From: Bacillota bacterium
Lineage (GTDB): Bacteria > Bacillota > DTU025
Assembly: GCA_050951805.1 (NCBI GenBank)
Contig: JBMNJT010000002.1
Location: forward strand, 192,001-256,000
DNA length: 64,000 bases
Direction: 5' to 3'
Below, piece after piece: positions 50,320-59,987 of the stretch (position 1 is its first letter; each line of letters starts with the position of its first letter). Made by a program: the position numbers and the translations under genes. The notes under the pieces are model-generated. The model saw only the letters and a list, made by a program, of their open reading frames with translations, did not search any database and was not told where the DNA came from.

Positions 50320-51066
50320 ATGCTCGGTTTGGGCGCGAAGTACCTTGATGAACTGCGAAAGCTGATAGACAGGATTGAGAAGACACAGTCAGAAAACATT
50401 GCTGAAGCTGCAGACGCTATTGTAGACTCCGTGAGTCAGGGTGGAGCTGTTCACGTCTTGGACACGGGCCACATGCTTATGAACGAGTTGTTTGGCCGGG
50501 CGGGCGGGCTGATGATGCCGAGACCTGTTAACATCAAGATGGAAGTGGACAACCCCGGCCCCGCAAGGCCTGGTAAGACCAAGGAAATGGTCTATCTCGA
50601 CGAGATACCCGGGTTACCGGAATTCATCCTCGACAGAAGCGATATCTATCCTGGCGATGTCCTTATCATAGGGTCTGTATCCGGGAAGAACGCGCTCCCC
50701 GTAGGCCTGGCGCTTCTTGCAAGGGAGAGGGGCATAAAGGTTATTGCGCTTACATCCGTAGCCTATTCGTCGTCGCTCGAGGCGCAGCATCCGTCCGGCA
50801 AACACTTGTTTGAAGCAGCAGACATCGTCCTCGACAACTGCGGCGTCATAGGAGATGCCATCCTTGAAGTAGAGGGCCTTGACACCAAGGCGATTCCGAC
50901 ATCGGGCATCGCAGCGGCCTGCTTGATGTGGACGCTCGAGGCAGAAATCATCGATAGGATGCTCAAACGGGGCTTGACGCCCCAGGTGTGGAAGAGCAAC
51001 CATCTTCCTGGAGCGGGGGAGTTCAACAGAAAGGCCCTTGCAGAAACGGAGCGGGTGGGGTACTGA
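50320..51066 (+). CDS. SIS domain protein (UPF0309-like, divergent paralog)
   Basis: 'DTGHM..E..GRAGG', 'SVSGKN', 'S.HPSG..L', 'GDA'. Confidence 0.85.
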   Translation: MLGLGAKYLDELRKLIDRIEKTQSENIAEAADAIVDSVSQGGAVHVLDTGHMLMNELFGRAGGLMMPRPVNIKMEVDNPGPARPGKTKEMVYLDEIPGLPEFILDRSDIYPGDVLIIGSVSGKNALPVGLALLARERGIKVIALTSVAYSSSLEAQHPSGKHLFEAADIVLDNCGVIGDAILEVEGLDTKAIPTSGIAAACLMWTLEAEIIDRMLKRGLTPQVWKSNHLPGAGEFNRKALAETERVGY

Positions 51067-51101
51067 CAGAGGAGCGAAGAAGAGGCGAAGCCCCGATTCG
51101 A

Positions 51102-51326
51102 TCAGCGAATCAGACGGAGCAGCGCGCCGAATATCCAGGAGAGCGCGGACAGGCCGAGGCTGATCACTAGCATCGATGCGATGGGGGCTATTACAGTTTC
51201 TGTCATGAAATCCCCTGGCAGATGTCCAAACCAGGAGAAGGCTTTTGGGTGGCGTACGAGGATGAATCCGATGACCGTCATCATGCCGCCTATCTGAAAT
51301 AGAATTGCTCCAATGCGCTGAGCCAA
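51102..51326 (-). CDS. DUF2905 family small membrane protein
   Basis: 'W.GHLPGDF', 'PIASM..IS'. Confidence 0.75.
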   Translation of the reverse strand: MAQRIGAILFQIGGMMTVIGFILVRHPKAFSWFGHLPGDFMTETVIAPIASMLVISLGLSALSWIFGALLRLIR

Positions 51327-51401
51327 AAAGATCACTCCTCAAGCTTTGTTTTTCAGACACGATCCAGAGGGCAAGCATCCGCCTTGCCCTCTGGATCAAG
51401 C

Positions 51402-51820
51402 TCATGCATATGGATAAGGATGCACCTGTTTTAGCATGTAAAGGATTCCGATGGTGCCCGGACCGCAGTGGCTTCCTATCACAGAGCCTGCCGGCGTTTC
51501 AAGTATCTCGCGCATCTCGGGCATGATGCGCCGAATTCTATCCGCCATGTACAGGGCATCTTCGTGAACCCCAGTATGAGTCAGAAAAACCCGGACAGGT
51601 TCGACGAGCCCGCGCTCGACATCTTGGGCGAATCGTGTGAGTTGCCAGTCGAGAAGCTTGGTCCTGCTTCCGCGTATCTTTGCCGCCACCCTCATGCCTC
51701 CGTCAACTACTTCAATTATGGGTCTTACCTTGAGAACTGATGTAAGCAACGTCTGGATCCCCGTGCATCTGCCTCCCATGTGCATGTACTCTAGAGTGTC
51801 GATCATGAAGCACGTTTTGA
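51402..51820 (-). pseudogene. degV: DegV/FakB, 3' part (IS-interrupted)
   Basis: 'TLEY...GGR', 'LKV.PII', 'VIGSHCGPG..G'. Confidence 0.9.
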
Positions 51821-53657
51821 CCGATCTTCGGCACCCTCAAATAGAGATCAGATGAATTATCAGAAGGTTTGCCGAACAGCCTTTGCCACTAATTGACTTG
51901 TACTCGTGTTGCGATAGGTGTATAGTCGCAATGGGAGGCAAAGAAATTGCTGAAGGCCTATCGCGCTGGAGCAAGCTCCATGCTTGTTCAAATCATAAGA
52001 GAGCTGGGGATACCCGACACGATTGACAACATGGTGCAATGGGATCCGAAGCAGTGTAAGCATTCGCCTGGAACACATGCCCTTGCCATGATGGTCAACA
52101 TTCTTATGGGGCGGACCGCTTTGTACCGCGTAGAGGAATTCTATGACAACCTTGATGTTCCGTTCTTGTTTGGAATGGATGCTCATGCGTCGGATTTCAA
52201 TGATTCGGTTTTGGGAAGAACGTTGGACAAGATCTTCGAGGCTGGACCAAAGAGGGTATTCAGCGCTGCAGCGCTACGTGCGGCAATGCGTGAAGACGTG
52301 AAAGTCGACGTTGTGCATGTGGACACCACATCTTGGTCTCTGGCTGGGATTTATGCAGACAGCGTAGCTGAAAGCGAAGCCTTGCACATAACTTATGGCT
52401 TCAGCAAAGACAGGCGACCCGATCTGAAACAATTCAATTACGGGCTGGTCGTGAGCAGAGATGGAATCCCGCTGATAGGTGAAGCGATGGATGGAAACAC
52501 GTCGGATAAAGTCTGGAACAGGCACATCATTGAAGAGCTGGTATCCAAGCTTGCGTCCGATCTAGACAGCTTAGTTTATGTTGCCGATTCCGCAGCCGTG
52601 ACCAAAGACAACCTGGATCTGATAGCAGAGAAAGGGATCAAGTTCATCTCCCGCCTGCCAGCTACGTTCAAGCAGGAAGGAATGGTTAAGGACCGAGCAT
52701 GGGCTGATGGGAGCTGGCAAGAGCTAGGCGCGCTGACGCTCAATCCGAAGCGTGATTCGGCCGTGTATAAGTGCAAGGATTACATTGCTGAAATAGATGG
52801 AAGGCCATACAGACTGATCGTTGTCCACTCATCAAAGCTTGATAAGAGGAAGGCCAACAAATTTGAGAGGGACTTGTCCAAGCAAAAGGTAGAGCTCGAC
52901 GAGAAGATCGCCGAACTTGGGGCTCTGGAATTTGCATGCGAGCCCGATGCCCAAGCGGCTCTAAACAGGCTGAGGCAGGAGTGCACCGGCTCGTTCTATA
53001 GCATTTCCGGCAATGTTGAATCCGAGGAAGTCGTACTGAAGCGGGCTCGGCGGGGCAGGCCCCGAAAGGGAGAAGAAGCTCCGACCAAAACAGTTTGGCG
53101 TGCAAAGGCATCAGTTGGGCCGCTGAACGAAGAAGTTTACGAGCACGCAAAGCAGAAGGCTTCGTGCTTTGTTCTGATAACCAACATACATGACGCCGGA
53201 GAGTATCCAGCTGACAAAGTGCTCCGCGAATACAAAGAGCAATCATGTGTTGAGCTCAGCTTTAAAGCCATAAAGGAGCCGGAGTTCGTCGGGGCCATGT
53301 ACGTCAAGAAGCCTGAACGTTTGGAGGCTTTGGCCTACGTAGTGCTGCTTGCTGCACTTGTTCGCGCAGTCATGCAGCGACGCGCCAGACGATACGCAGA
53401 GGCTACGGACGAGCCACTTCCCATTCCGGGCAAAAGGACTTCAATGCGGCCTACAGCCCGGATGATCTTGGACTCGTTTGATACGATAATCGTTATCATA
53501 TTGCCCGACGGAACCCGAGCACTGGCAGATACTCGGCTGTTTCCAGACAAGATGTTCAACGCCCTGGGCATATCTCCATCGGTTTACGTCCACTGTTCAA
53601 GCAAAAACTATGATCCATAAATCCAAAACCTTGATGTCCAAGGGTGCCGAAGATCAG
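51821..53657 (+). mobile_element. IS1634-family insertion sequence
   Basis: IRL CCGATCTTCGGCACCCT (51821-51837) and IRR AGGGTGCCGAAGATCAG (53641-53657), 16/17 match. TSD TTTTGA at 51815-51820 and 53658-53663. Confidence 0.93.
51947..53620 (+). CDS. IS1634 family DDE transposase
   Basis: 'ND..LGR.LD', 'HVDTTS', 'GFSKD.RPDLKQ', 'GNTSD', 'VADS', 'YKEQ..VE..F...K'. Confidence 0.93.
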   Translation: MLKAYRAGASSMLVQIIRELGIPDTIDNMVQWDPKQCKHSPGTHALAMMVNILMGRTALYRVEEFYDNLDVPFLFGMDAHASDFNDSVLGRTLDKIFEAGPKRVFSAAALRAAMREDVKVDVVHVDTTSWSLAGIYADSVAESEALHITYGFSKDRRPDLKQFNYGLVVSRDGIPLIGEAMDGNTSDKVWNRHIIEELVSKLASDLDSLVYVADSAAVTKDNLDLIAEKGIKFISRLPATFKQEGMVKDRAWADGSWQELGALTLNPKRDSAVYKCKDYIAEIDGRPYRLIVVHSSKLDKRKANKFERDLSKQKVELDEKIAELGALEFACEPDAQAALNRLRQECTGSFYSISGNVESEEVVLKRARRGRPRKGEEAPTKTVWRAKASVGPLNEEVYEHAKQKASCFVLITNIHDAGEYPADKVLREYKEQSCVELSFKAIKEPEFVGAMYVKKPERLEALAYVVLLAALVRAVMQRRARRYAEATDEPLPIPGKRTSMRPTARMILDSFDTIIVIILPDGTRALADTRLFPDKMFNALGISPSVYVHCSSKNYDP

Positions 53658-54126
53658 TTTTGACATTGGGGCGTGCTTTTTCGAGGAGGTCCATGATCTC
53701 GGGAACGGTTTTGTTTTCAGCGGCTAGATCATGTGCGTAAAGGACAAGCTGTGCGATTCCCGTGGACAGGTTGGCCGAATCAAACACATACACCTGCCCT
53801 TCGGGGAATGTGTTTGCCACGAGCCTGGCGCTTTGGACAGAAGCGGAAAACTGGCTGGAGATGCCTATATAGATTACCTGACTTCCGTCGGCGATGGCTT
53901 TTTCAAAAACCGATCTAAAGGTTTCAGGGCTCGGGCTCGAGGTTTTGGGAAGCTTTCCTTTCTCCTTGACAAGCTGAAACAGGCGCTGAGTATCGATATC
54001 AACTCCGTCGGTGTATGTTTCTTCATCAAATGTGACTATGAGCGGGACGACCTCTACGCCATAGCGTTTGGTCAGTTCCGGGCCTAAGTCCGCTGTAGAG
54101 TCGGTGACAATCTTGATTTTCGGCAT
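53658..54126 (-). pseudogene. degV: DegV/FakB, 5' part (IS-interrupted)
   Basis: 'IVTDSTAD', 'PKTS.PS', 'ISS..S.S..SA', 'DS...S.G'. Confidence 0.9.
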
Positions 54127-54275
54127 GCATGATCAACCTCCCGGGCGAACACTTTTGTGCACTATTCGGCTCATGCCCAATATTAGCACTTCAGCCAAAA
54201 CGGGACAATGCTGGTGGGCGGTTGTAGTGGTATACTCAATATGTATTGATTGCACAAGCGTTGGAGGTGCAGTAC

Positions 54276-55223
54276 ATGTTCATAATGGACGCACATTGCG
54301 ATACGCTCATGGACATAGTCGAAGGCCGCCGCAGGTTGGCAGATCGCGACAAGGGCGGCCAGCTCGACCTGGCGCGCATGATGGAAGCTGGAGTTTCGGC
54401 GCAGGTATTCGCCATATATGTGCCTCCTCAGTATTTGCCTGGCGGGGGTGCCAGGAGGGCTCTCCAGTACGTTGATGCGTTCTACAGGGAGATCGAGGAG
54501 AACAGCGACAAGCTGGTCTTCGCCACGAGTGGCAGAGACGTAGAAGAGGCATATGAGGAAGGCAAGATAGCGGCGCTATTGTCGATAGAAGGCGGCGAGG
54601 CGCTGGATGGGTGCATAGAGCTCCTGCGTATTTTCTATCGTCTTGGCGTGAGGCTGATGACGTTGACTTGGAGTCTCAGAAACGAGCTTGCGGACGGGGC
54701 TTTCGAGAGTCGGACAGGAGGCGGGCTCACGAGATTTGGCGTGGAGGTAGTGGAGGAAATGGACAGGCTCGGGATGGTTGTAGACGTATCCCACCTGTCG
54801 GAAGCCGGGTTTTGGGATGTGATGGAGGTGTCGAAGAGGCCTATAATCGCTTCGCACTCAAACTCGAAAACCCTCTGCGATCACCCGAGAAACCTCACGG
54901 ACGATCAGGCGCGAGCGATAGCCCAAAAGGGCGGGGTTATCGGCGTAAACTTCGCAGGATACTTCCTAGGAGAGGAAAGAAGGTCCCTTGCCGGCGTTGT
55001 TGATCACATAGACCATTTCGCAAGCCTAATCGGACCGGAGTGCATAGCGCTAGGTTCGGATTTTGACGGCCTGCCCGATGAGCAGCTCCCTGACGAGCTC
55101 AAGGATGTATCAAGCCTTGGAAAGGTAGCGGAAGAACTGGCTGCCCGCGGCTACTCTGAATCAGCGATACAGGGGATCATGGGGGAAAACCTGCTCCGGG
55201 CAGTTCGTGCAGTTATAGGCTAG
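54276..55223 (+). CDS. Membrane dipeptidase (peptidase M19)
   Basis: 'DAHCD', 'IEG', 'LTW', 'DVSH', 'SHS', 'RN', 'GSDFDG'. Confidence 0.93.
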   Translation: MFIMDAHCDTLMDIVEGRRRLADRDKGGQLDLARMMEAGVSAQVFAIYVPPQYLPGGGARRALQYVDAFYREIEENSDKLVFATSGRDVEEAYEEGKIAALLSIEGGEALDGCIELLRIFYRLGVRLMTLTWSLRNELADGAFESRTGGGLTRFGVEVVEEMDRLGMVVDVSHLSEAGFWDVMEVSKRPIIASHSNSKTLCDHPRNLTDDQARAIAQKGGVIGVNFAGYFLGEERRSLAGVVDHIDHFASLIGPECIALGSDFDGLPDEQLPDELKDVSSLGKVAEELAARGYSESAIQGIMGENLLRAVRAVIG

Positions 55224-56181
55224 CGTTTTTTTCGGTTTGATCATGCTCCGGAAAAAGGCTTTGCTGGGTGAACTGGACCCTGCTGTCATCCTCGATTATT
55301 TTCCTTTCTTTCACGGCTTGAGTTACGCGTTCTATGCTCTTGGCGAAGTAAAACCGATCGATTTCGTAGCCGACGAAAGGCATTCCCAGGCGTACGCAGG
55401 CAATAGCGGTATTGCCCAAGCCCAAGAATGGGTCGATCACTAGTCTGCATCGGTCGAGGCCGTGCAGCTTTATGCACATCTCCGGGAGTTTCGGGGGGAA
55501 TGTGGCCGGATGCGGGCGTTCGCTGTTCCGCCTGGTTATTGTCTCATAAGGAATGAACCATGTGTTTCCACGGCAGCGCAGATCGATTGGCGAGCTGCCT
55601 TCTCGGGTCCAGCGATTGATATTGCTTTTGTCTTGGTAAGGCACCCCCACTGCCAGCCGATCGAGGGTAACGTCTCCCTTGTGGGTGAAGTGGAATATGT
55701 ACTCGTGGCAATCATTGATGAATCTCTTGCTGTTTATGGGCTTGTAGTGCCCCACTGCTATATCTTCGCGGATTGCCGGGTAGTCTCCGACATCTTCATG
55801 GGAGATAGCGATCGATTTGACCCAATGGATCACGTTTTGAAGAACGAAGGTTTCCCTCAGCTCCATGGCGACTTCAAAAGGAACCCATGGGTCGCTCGGC
55901 TTGGAGCCTATGTTGAGGAAGAACGATCCTTTTGGCGAGAGAACGCGCGCCACCTCAGATGTCCATGCGCGGGTCCATTCAAGGTATTCGTCGCGGTCGA
56001 TGCGGTCGTCGTATGTCCCATATTCGATGCCCAGGTTGTACGGGGGTGAAGTAACTACTACATCCACCGATCCTGAAGCTATGTCCTGGGCCATGCCTTC
56101 AATGCAGTCGCGATTATGTATAATGACGGTGTCGCTGCTATTGGGAATATCGATGATCTCAGTTGCAACGTGGTTGCTCAA
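55213..56181 (-). CDS. Orphan DNA N4/N6 methyltransferase, beta class
   Basis: 'TSPPY' precedes 'HPATFP' and 'DPFLGLG'. No adjacent endonuclease. Confidence 0.9.
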   Translation of the reverse strand: MSNHVATEIIDIPNSSDTVIIHNRDCIEGMAQDIASGSVDVVVTSPPYNLGIEYGTYDDRIDRDEYLEWTRAWTSEVARVLSPKGSFFLNIGSKPSDPWVPFEVAMELRETFVLQNVIHWVKSIAISHEDVGDYPAIREDIAVGHYKPINSKRFINDCHEYIFHFTHKGDVTLDRLAVGVPYQDKSNINRWTREGSSPIDLRCRGNTWFIPYETITRRNSERPHPATFPPKLPEMCIKLHGLDRCRLVIDPFLGLGNTAIACVRLGMPFVGYEIDRFYFAKSIERVTQAVKERKIIEDDSRVQFTQQSLFPEHDQTEKNASL

Positions 56182-56280
56182 CCTTAAGACACCTCGCTTC
56201 GATGATTACGTTCTTCTACGTTGGCGCGGATAAATCCTGGCAGACTCCATGATAGACCAAAAGCCGGGGATCTGGAAGGG

Positions 56281-57009
56281 ATGACTTACAACTTGGAAGA
56301 TGCAAATTGGACAGAACGGACTGAGCTGATCATCGGCGCTGATGGAGTGGCCCGCCTGGCAGGTTCATCAGTTGCTGTTGTGGGGCTCGGGGGAGTGGGA
56401 TCGGCTTGTGCGGAGGCGCTCGCTAGGGCGCATGTAGGCAAGCTCATCTTCGTCGACGGAGACGTGGTTTCTACCACAAACATAAACAGACAGATCATTG
56501 CTTTTACTGATAATATCGGGCGGCCCAAAGCCGAGATCATGGTTGAACGAGTGCGTAGGATAAACCCTCAATGCGAGGCAGTGGCCGAAGTTTGCTGGGT
56601 AGACGGGAGCAATGTCGGCGACTTGCTCAGGCTTCGTCCCGACTTTGTGGCGGATGCTATTGACTCTGTCGGGGCGAAACTCGATCTGATAGAGGCTTGC
56701 TTAAGATCGCAAATCCCGATAGTCTCGTCGATGGGGGCTGGAAACAGGCTTGATCCTACGGCGTTCGCAATAGCCGACATATCGAAGACTCACACGTGCC
56801 CTATGGCCAGGAGTGTCAGACAGGGGTTGCGCAGGCGCGGGATCGAAACCGGCCTCACAGTCGTCTTTTCTGATGAACCGCCCGTTGTCAAGAGCAGTGG
56901 GCCGATAGGCAGCATCTCAACAGTTCCACCGGCCGCTGGACTTGCCATGGCCAGCGTGATAATACGCCAGCTTGCATCGGATAGTGGCGGCGATGGAGTG
57001 TTTCAGTGA
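56281..57009 (+). CDS. tcdA: tRNA threonylcarbamoyladenosine dehydratase
   Basis: 'GLGGVGS', 'NINRQ', 'DAID', 'SMGAGN..DP', 'DIS.T..CP.A..VR', 'VFS.E'. Confidence 0.88.
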   Translation: MTYNLEDANWTERTELIIGADGVARLAGSSVAVVGLGGVGSACAEALARAHVGKLIFVDGDVVSTTNINRQIIAFTDNIGRPKAEIMVERVRRINPQCEAVAEVCWVDGSNVGDLLRLRPDFVADAIDSVGAKLDLIEACLRSQIPIVSSMGAGNRLDPTAFAIADISKTHTCPMARSVRQGLRRRGIETGLTVVFSDEPPVVKSSGPIGSISTVPPAAGLAMASVIIRQLASDSGGDGVFQ

Positions 57010-58544
57010 AGATGATGAAGATGGTTGGCGCGAGAAGAAGAGTTTTGACGTTATTGATAGCAGGGCTTGTTGCAGCCTTAGGATTGTCTCCCGGAGCCGG
57101 CGGTGCTCCGAAGCAGGAGGAGGCTGCGACAATCCAGACCTTCGCTGGATACGGCGATCTGCTCACGCTCAGCTCACCTCCCGTATCCGGCATTTCGGTT
57201 CCTGGAACCATCCAGGTGAGCGGAAGGTCATGCTGCAGCACAGTCTTGATCAGGTGTTCCCGGCAGGATGATCCGGCGAAGTTTGCGAACACTTTTGTGA
57301 CTGTTGGCGATGATGGCGGATTCTCAGCGACAGTGTGGTTTTTCGATGGCCCGGGTCGATACGTAATGGACATAGCCGCGGTTCCCAGAGACGAGACGGT
57401 TTTCAGGGTAACCTGCCGTCTTGTTGTCGACAATACTTTGTCTACGATTCCTTTGGCGCCGAGACAATATTCGGGCTACGGCTCGGATCTCGAGATCAAC
57501 TCTCCCATCGCATCTTCCAACAGAGTCTCTGATTTCGTGACGATCACAGGCAAGAGCGCGTTCCCAGCAGTGTGGACGAGTATCGAGAATGCCAAAACGG
57601 GGCAGAGACGGGATCATATCGCCGAAACACTGCCGAACGGAGATTTCGCGATCACCATTCCTCTGGATGTAGGAGAGGGAGAGTGCCGAATATCGGTGGC
57701 GTCCAGGTTGATTGCTCCTGGCACTTACAACACGGTTGCCGAGTATCTGGTCGTAGTCGATCCTGCGCCCATCGACATGATTGAGCCTGCATACCGAGGT
57801 GGAACGATACTGGCTTGCGACAGATTCCTTATTAAGGGCGTTGCCAACGCTGACGGCGTCAGGGTGGATGTTGAGCGTGATGGGAAAAGTGCAGCCTCTC
57901 TAAAACGGTCCAGGGCAGGCGCATTTGGACTTTGGATAGATCCGCCCGCAATCGGCGAGGAGTGCCTGGTAACCATATCTTCGCTTCATCGCGACACGAA
58001 CAGGTGTGTGCCCCGGCGCAAGTACAGGGTAGTTCGGGTTCCGAGCATCCCTCTTCTCGACGATTCGGAGAAAAGACAGATTCAATGGGATGATGCCGAA
58101 ATCAGGATGCTTGCGGAATCGATAGCGCCGGATGCGCGTGATCCTTACGACAGACTCCGGGCCATACACGATTGGATTGCTTCCAACCTTGCCTACGACG
58201 TCCGCGCTGCTGCCAGCGGCGACTTTGGACCGACTGACGCCATTTCCGTCATTGCCCGCGGGGGAAGTGTGTGCCAGGGATATGCAAATGTCACAGCCGC
58301 TCTTGCTGCTGCGGCTGGGCTTCGCGTGCGCGTAGTCGGGGGTGAAGGGATTCAGGAAGGAATACGAGAGAGCCATGCTTGGAACGAAGCGGAAGTGAAT
58401 GGCAGGATAGTGTTGCTCGATACGACTTGGGACGCCGGACATGTAAAAGACGGCAGGTTCGTTCGCATGCCTGCCGCCATCTGGTTCGATTCTTCTCCGG
58501 AGGAATTCAGCTTGAGCCACTCGGGCGGGCTCATTATTCCATGA
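57006..58544 (+). CDS. Exported transglutaminase-like protein with N-terminal Ig-like repeats
   Basis: Signal peptide; triad motifs 'VCQGYA', 'HAWN', 'DTTWD'. Confidence 0.85.
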   Translation: MKMMKMVGARRRVLTLLIAGLVAALGLSPGAGGAPKQEEAATIQTFAGYGDLLTLSSPPVSGISVPGTIQVSGRSCCSTVLIRCSRQDDPAKFANTFVTVGDDGGFSATVWFFDGPGRYVMDIAAVPRDETVFRVTCRLVVDNTLSTIPLAPRQYSGYGSDLEINSPIASSNRVSDFVTITGKSAFPAVWTSIENAKTGQRRDHIAETLPNGDFAITIPLDVGEGECRISVASRLIAPGTYNTVAEYLVVVDPAPIDMIEPAYRGGTILACDRFLIKGVANADGVRVDVERDGKSAASLKRSRAGAFGLWIDPPAIGEECLVTISSLHRDTNRCVPRRKYRVVRVPSIPLLDDSEKRQIQWDDAEIRMLAESIAPDARDPYDRLRAIHDWIASNLAYDVRAAASGDFGPTDAISVIARGGSVCQGYANVTAALAAAAGLRVRVVGGEGIQEGIRESHAWNEAEVNGRIVLLDTTWDAGHVKDGRFVRMPAAIWFDSSPEEFSLSHSGGLIIP

Positions 58545-59781
58545 GTTGCCACTCGGCTTGCTGAACCATGCCGGTAACGGGGTCCACCACTTTTTCGTCG
58601 AGCCAGTAAAGGAGCATTCCGTCGGTGGAACGGTATATCCAGACTCTCTTGTATTTCGCGCCCCATTCGAATATTGCCGCCACTGAAATGCCGCTCGGGG
58701 TTTTGCCCACATAGCTCACTTCGACGGAACTTCCAACGAGCGGGTCGAAGGGGTCAAGCTTGTTGCCATTCTTAAGCTTTGCCAGACCTGCCTTGGGTAG
58801 CCAGAATCCGCCTATTTGGCCCGTTCCCGAATATACTTTGATCGCGGCGCCCGTCTGCCCCCTATCATCCGAGAAGACTCGGGTAACCTTGGCAACCGTC
58901 CAGTTTCGGCCCCCATCTTCAATTTTAACTTCGAGCAAGGCGGGTATAGGAATGTTATGACCGGTTGTGGGTAGCCATGTCCTTATGGTGCCCTGATAGG
59001 TCAGCTTGGCGCCGGGTTTTGCCCAGGGAGGCGCGGCTTCTCCTGACCAAGGAAGAGAGATGTTACGTTTCGTCACAAACTCGGCTGCGGAAACGTAAGC
59101 TAATCTTTGATCCGAGAGTGTAAGCCATTGCGCCTGATAGATGAGGAGCCCCGTGCTGGACTGAAATATCCAGACATAATGCTTGTTGCTGCCTGTGGGC
59201 CTGTAGTCGAATCTGATGGAATCGTACTTTGTTCCACCTGCCTCAAATTGAATCTCGGAGATGGAAAGGTGCTCGGGAGCGCGTTTGGCAATATCCTTGA
59301 ACACTATGGGGTTTATCCAGAAATCACCTGCGCCTGCATAGGCGGCCCGTGTTACGTCTTCCCACGGTATCATTAGGTCGCCTATGAATAGGGTGGAGCA
59401 GGTGGCCGAAAACCGCGTAGCGAGGGCGATCACATCAGTTCTGACCAGAGCGGGGGCTGCAGGGCTAAGCTCCTCTGGATGCATGATTGGAGGCTTCACG
59501 GCGTCCTTGTTCGGCCCACTCAAGGGGTTAGGCACCGTCGCCGCCGATGTCCGATAGTAAGCTCTTAGCCCTTCCTGCACCCACAGGGGGGCAGTAAGGC
59601 TCTTCAACTCGGGAAAGAGGGTGAGAATCGATTGAGAATCAGATTCCCTTTCTACCAGCGTCTGTCCTCGGCTGGCAATCTGATGAGAGGGCATAGCCAC
59701 AGCCGTGTTTGGGCCATGACCAATCAGCGTCGCGCAAATCAGTGCAACGCACAATAGAGTAAGGAGTCGCGATCGCGACAT
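58534..59781 (-). CDS. Exported hypothetical protein with an internal domain duplication
   Basis: Signal peptide; two copies of 'APxW...G...Y / G.FW / VWI..S..G.L.Y'. Confidence 0.7.
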   Translation of the reverse strand: MSRSRLLTLLCVALICATLIGHGPNTAVAMPSHQIASRGQTLVERESDSQSILTLFPELKSLTAPLWVQEGLRAYYRTSAATVPNPLSGPNKDAVKPPIMHPEELSPAAPALVRTDVIALATRFSATCSTLFIGDLMIPWEDVTRAAYAGAGDFWINPIVFKDIAKRAPEHLSISEIQFEAGGTKYDSIRFDYRPTGSNKHYVWIFQSSTGLLIYQAQWLTLSDQRLAYVSAAEFVTKRNISLPWSGEAAPPWAKPGAKLTYQGTIRTWLPTTGHNIPIPALLEVKIEDGGRNWTVAKVTRVFSDDRGQTGAAIKVYSGTGQIGGFWLPKAGLAKLKNGNKLDPFDPLVGSSVEVSYVGKTPSGISVAAIFEWGAKYKRVWIYRSTDGMLLYWLDEKVVDPVTGMVQQAEWQLME

Positions 59782-59833
59782 AGCCACATCACCCCAGCAT
59801 AGCTCAAAGCAATTCATTAGAAACAAGTTATAT

Positions 59834-59859
59834 ATTCCTCAGATGTGCATCATTCTCCT
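59834..59859 (-). promoter_or_regulatory. SigH-like promoter
   Basis: AGGA-N18-GAAT on the minus strand, upstream of 59781. Confidence 0.5.
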
Positions 59860-59987
59860 TCACAGCGCTATATGGGCAATTGCACGGAAGATGATTTCTA
59901 AGGAACAGATTGCTGCATATGCTCGTCCAATAGGCATACACAATGACAACATCGATGTTGTGAAACATGGGGGGTGAGATAAGCATC

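Noticed and set aside
1950-56181. Pairing the nuclease-like ORF with the methyltransferase as a split R-M system
   Set aside because: They are more than 52 kb apart with no linking evidence.
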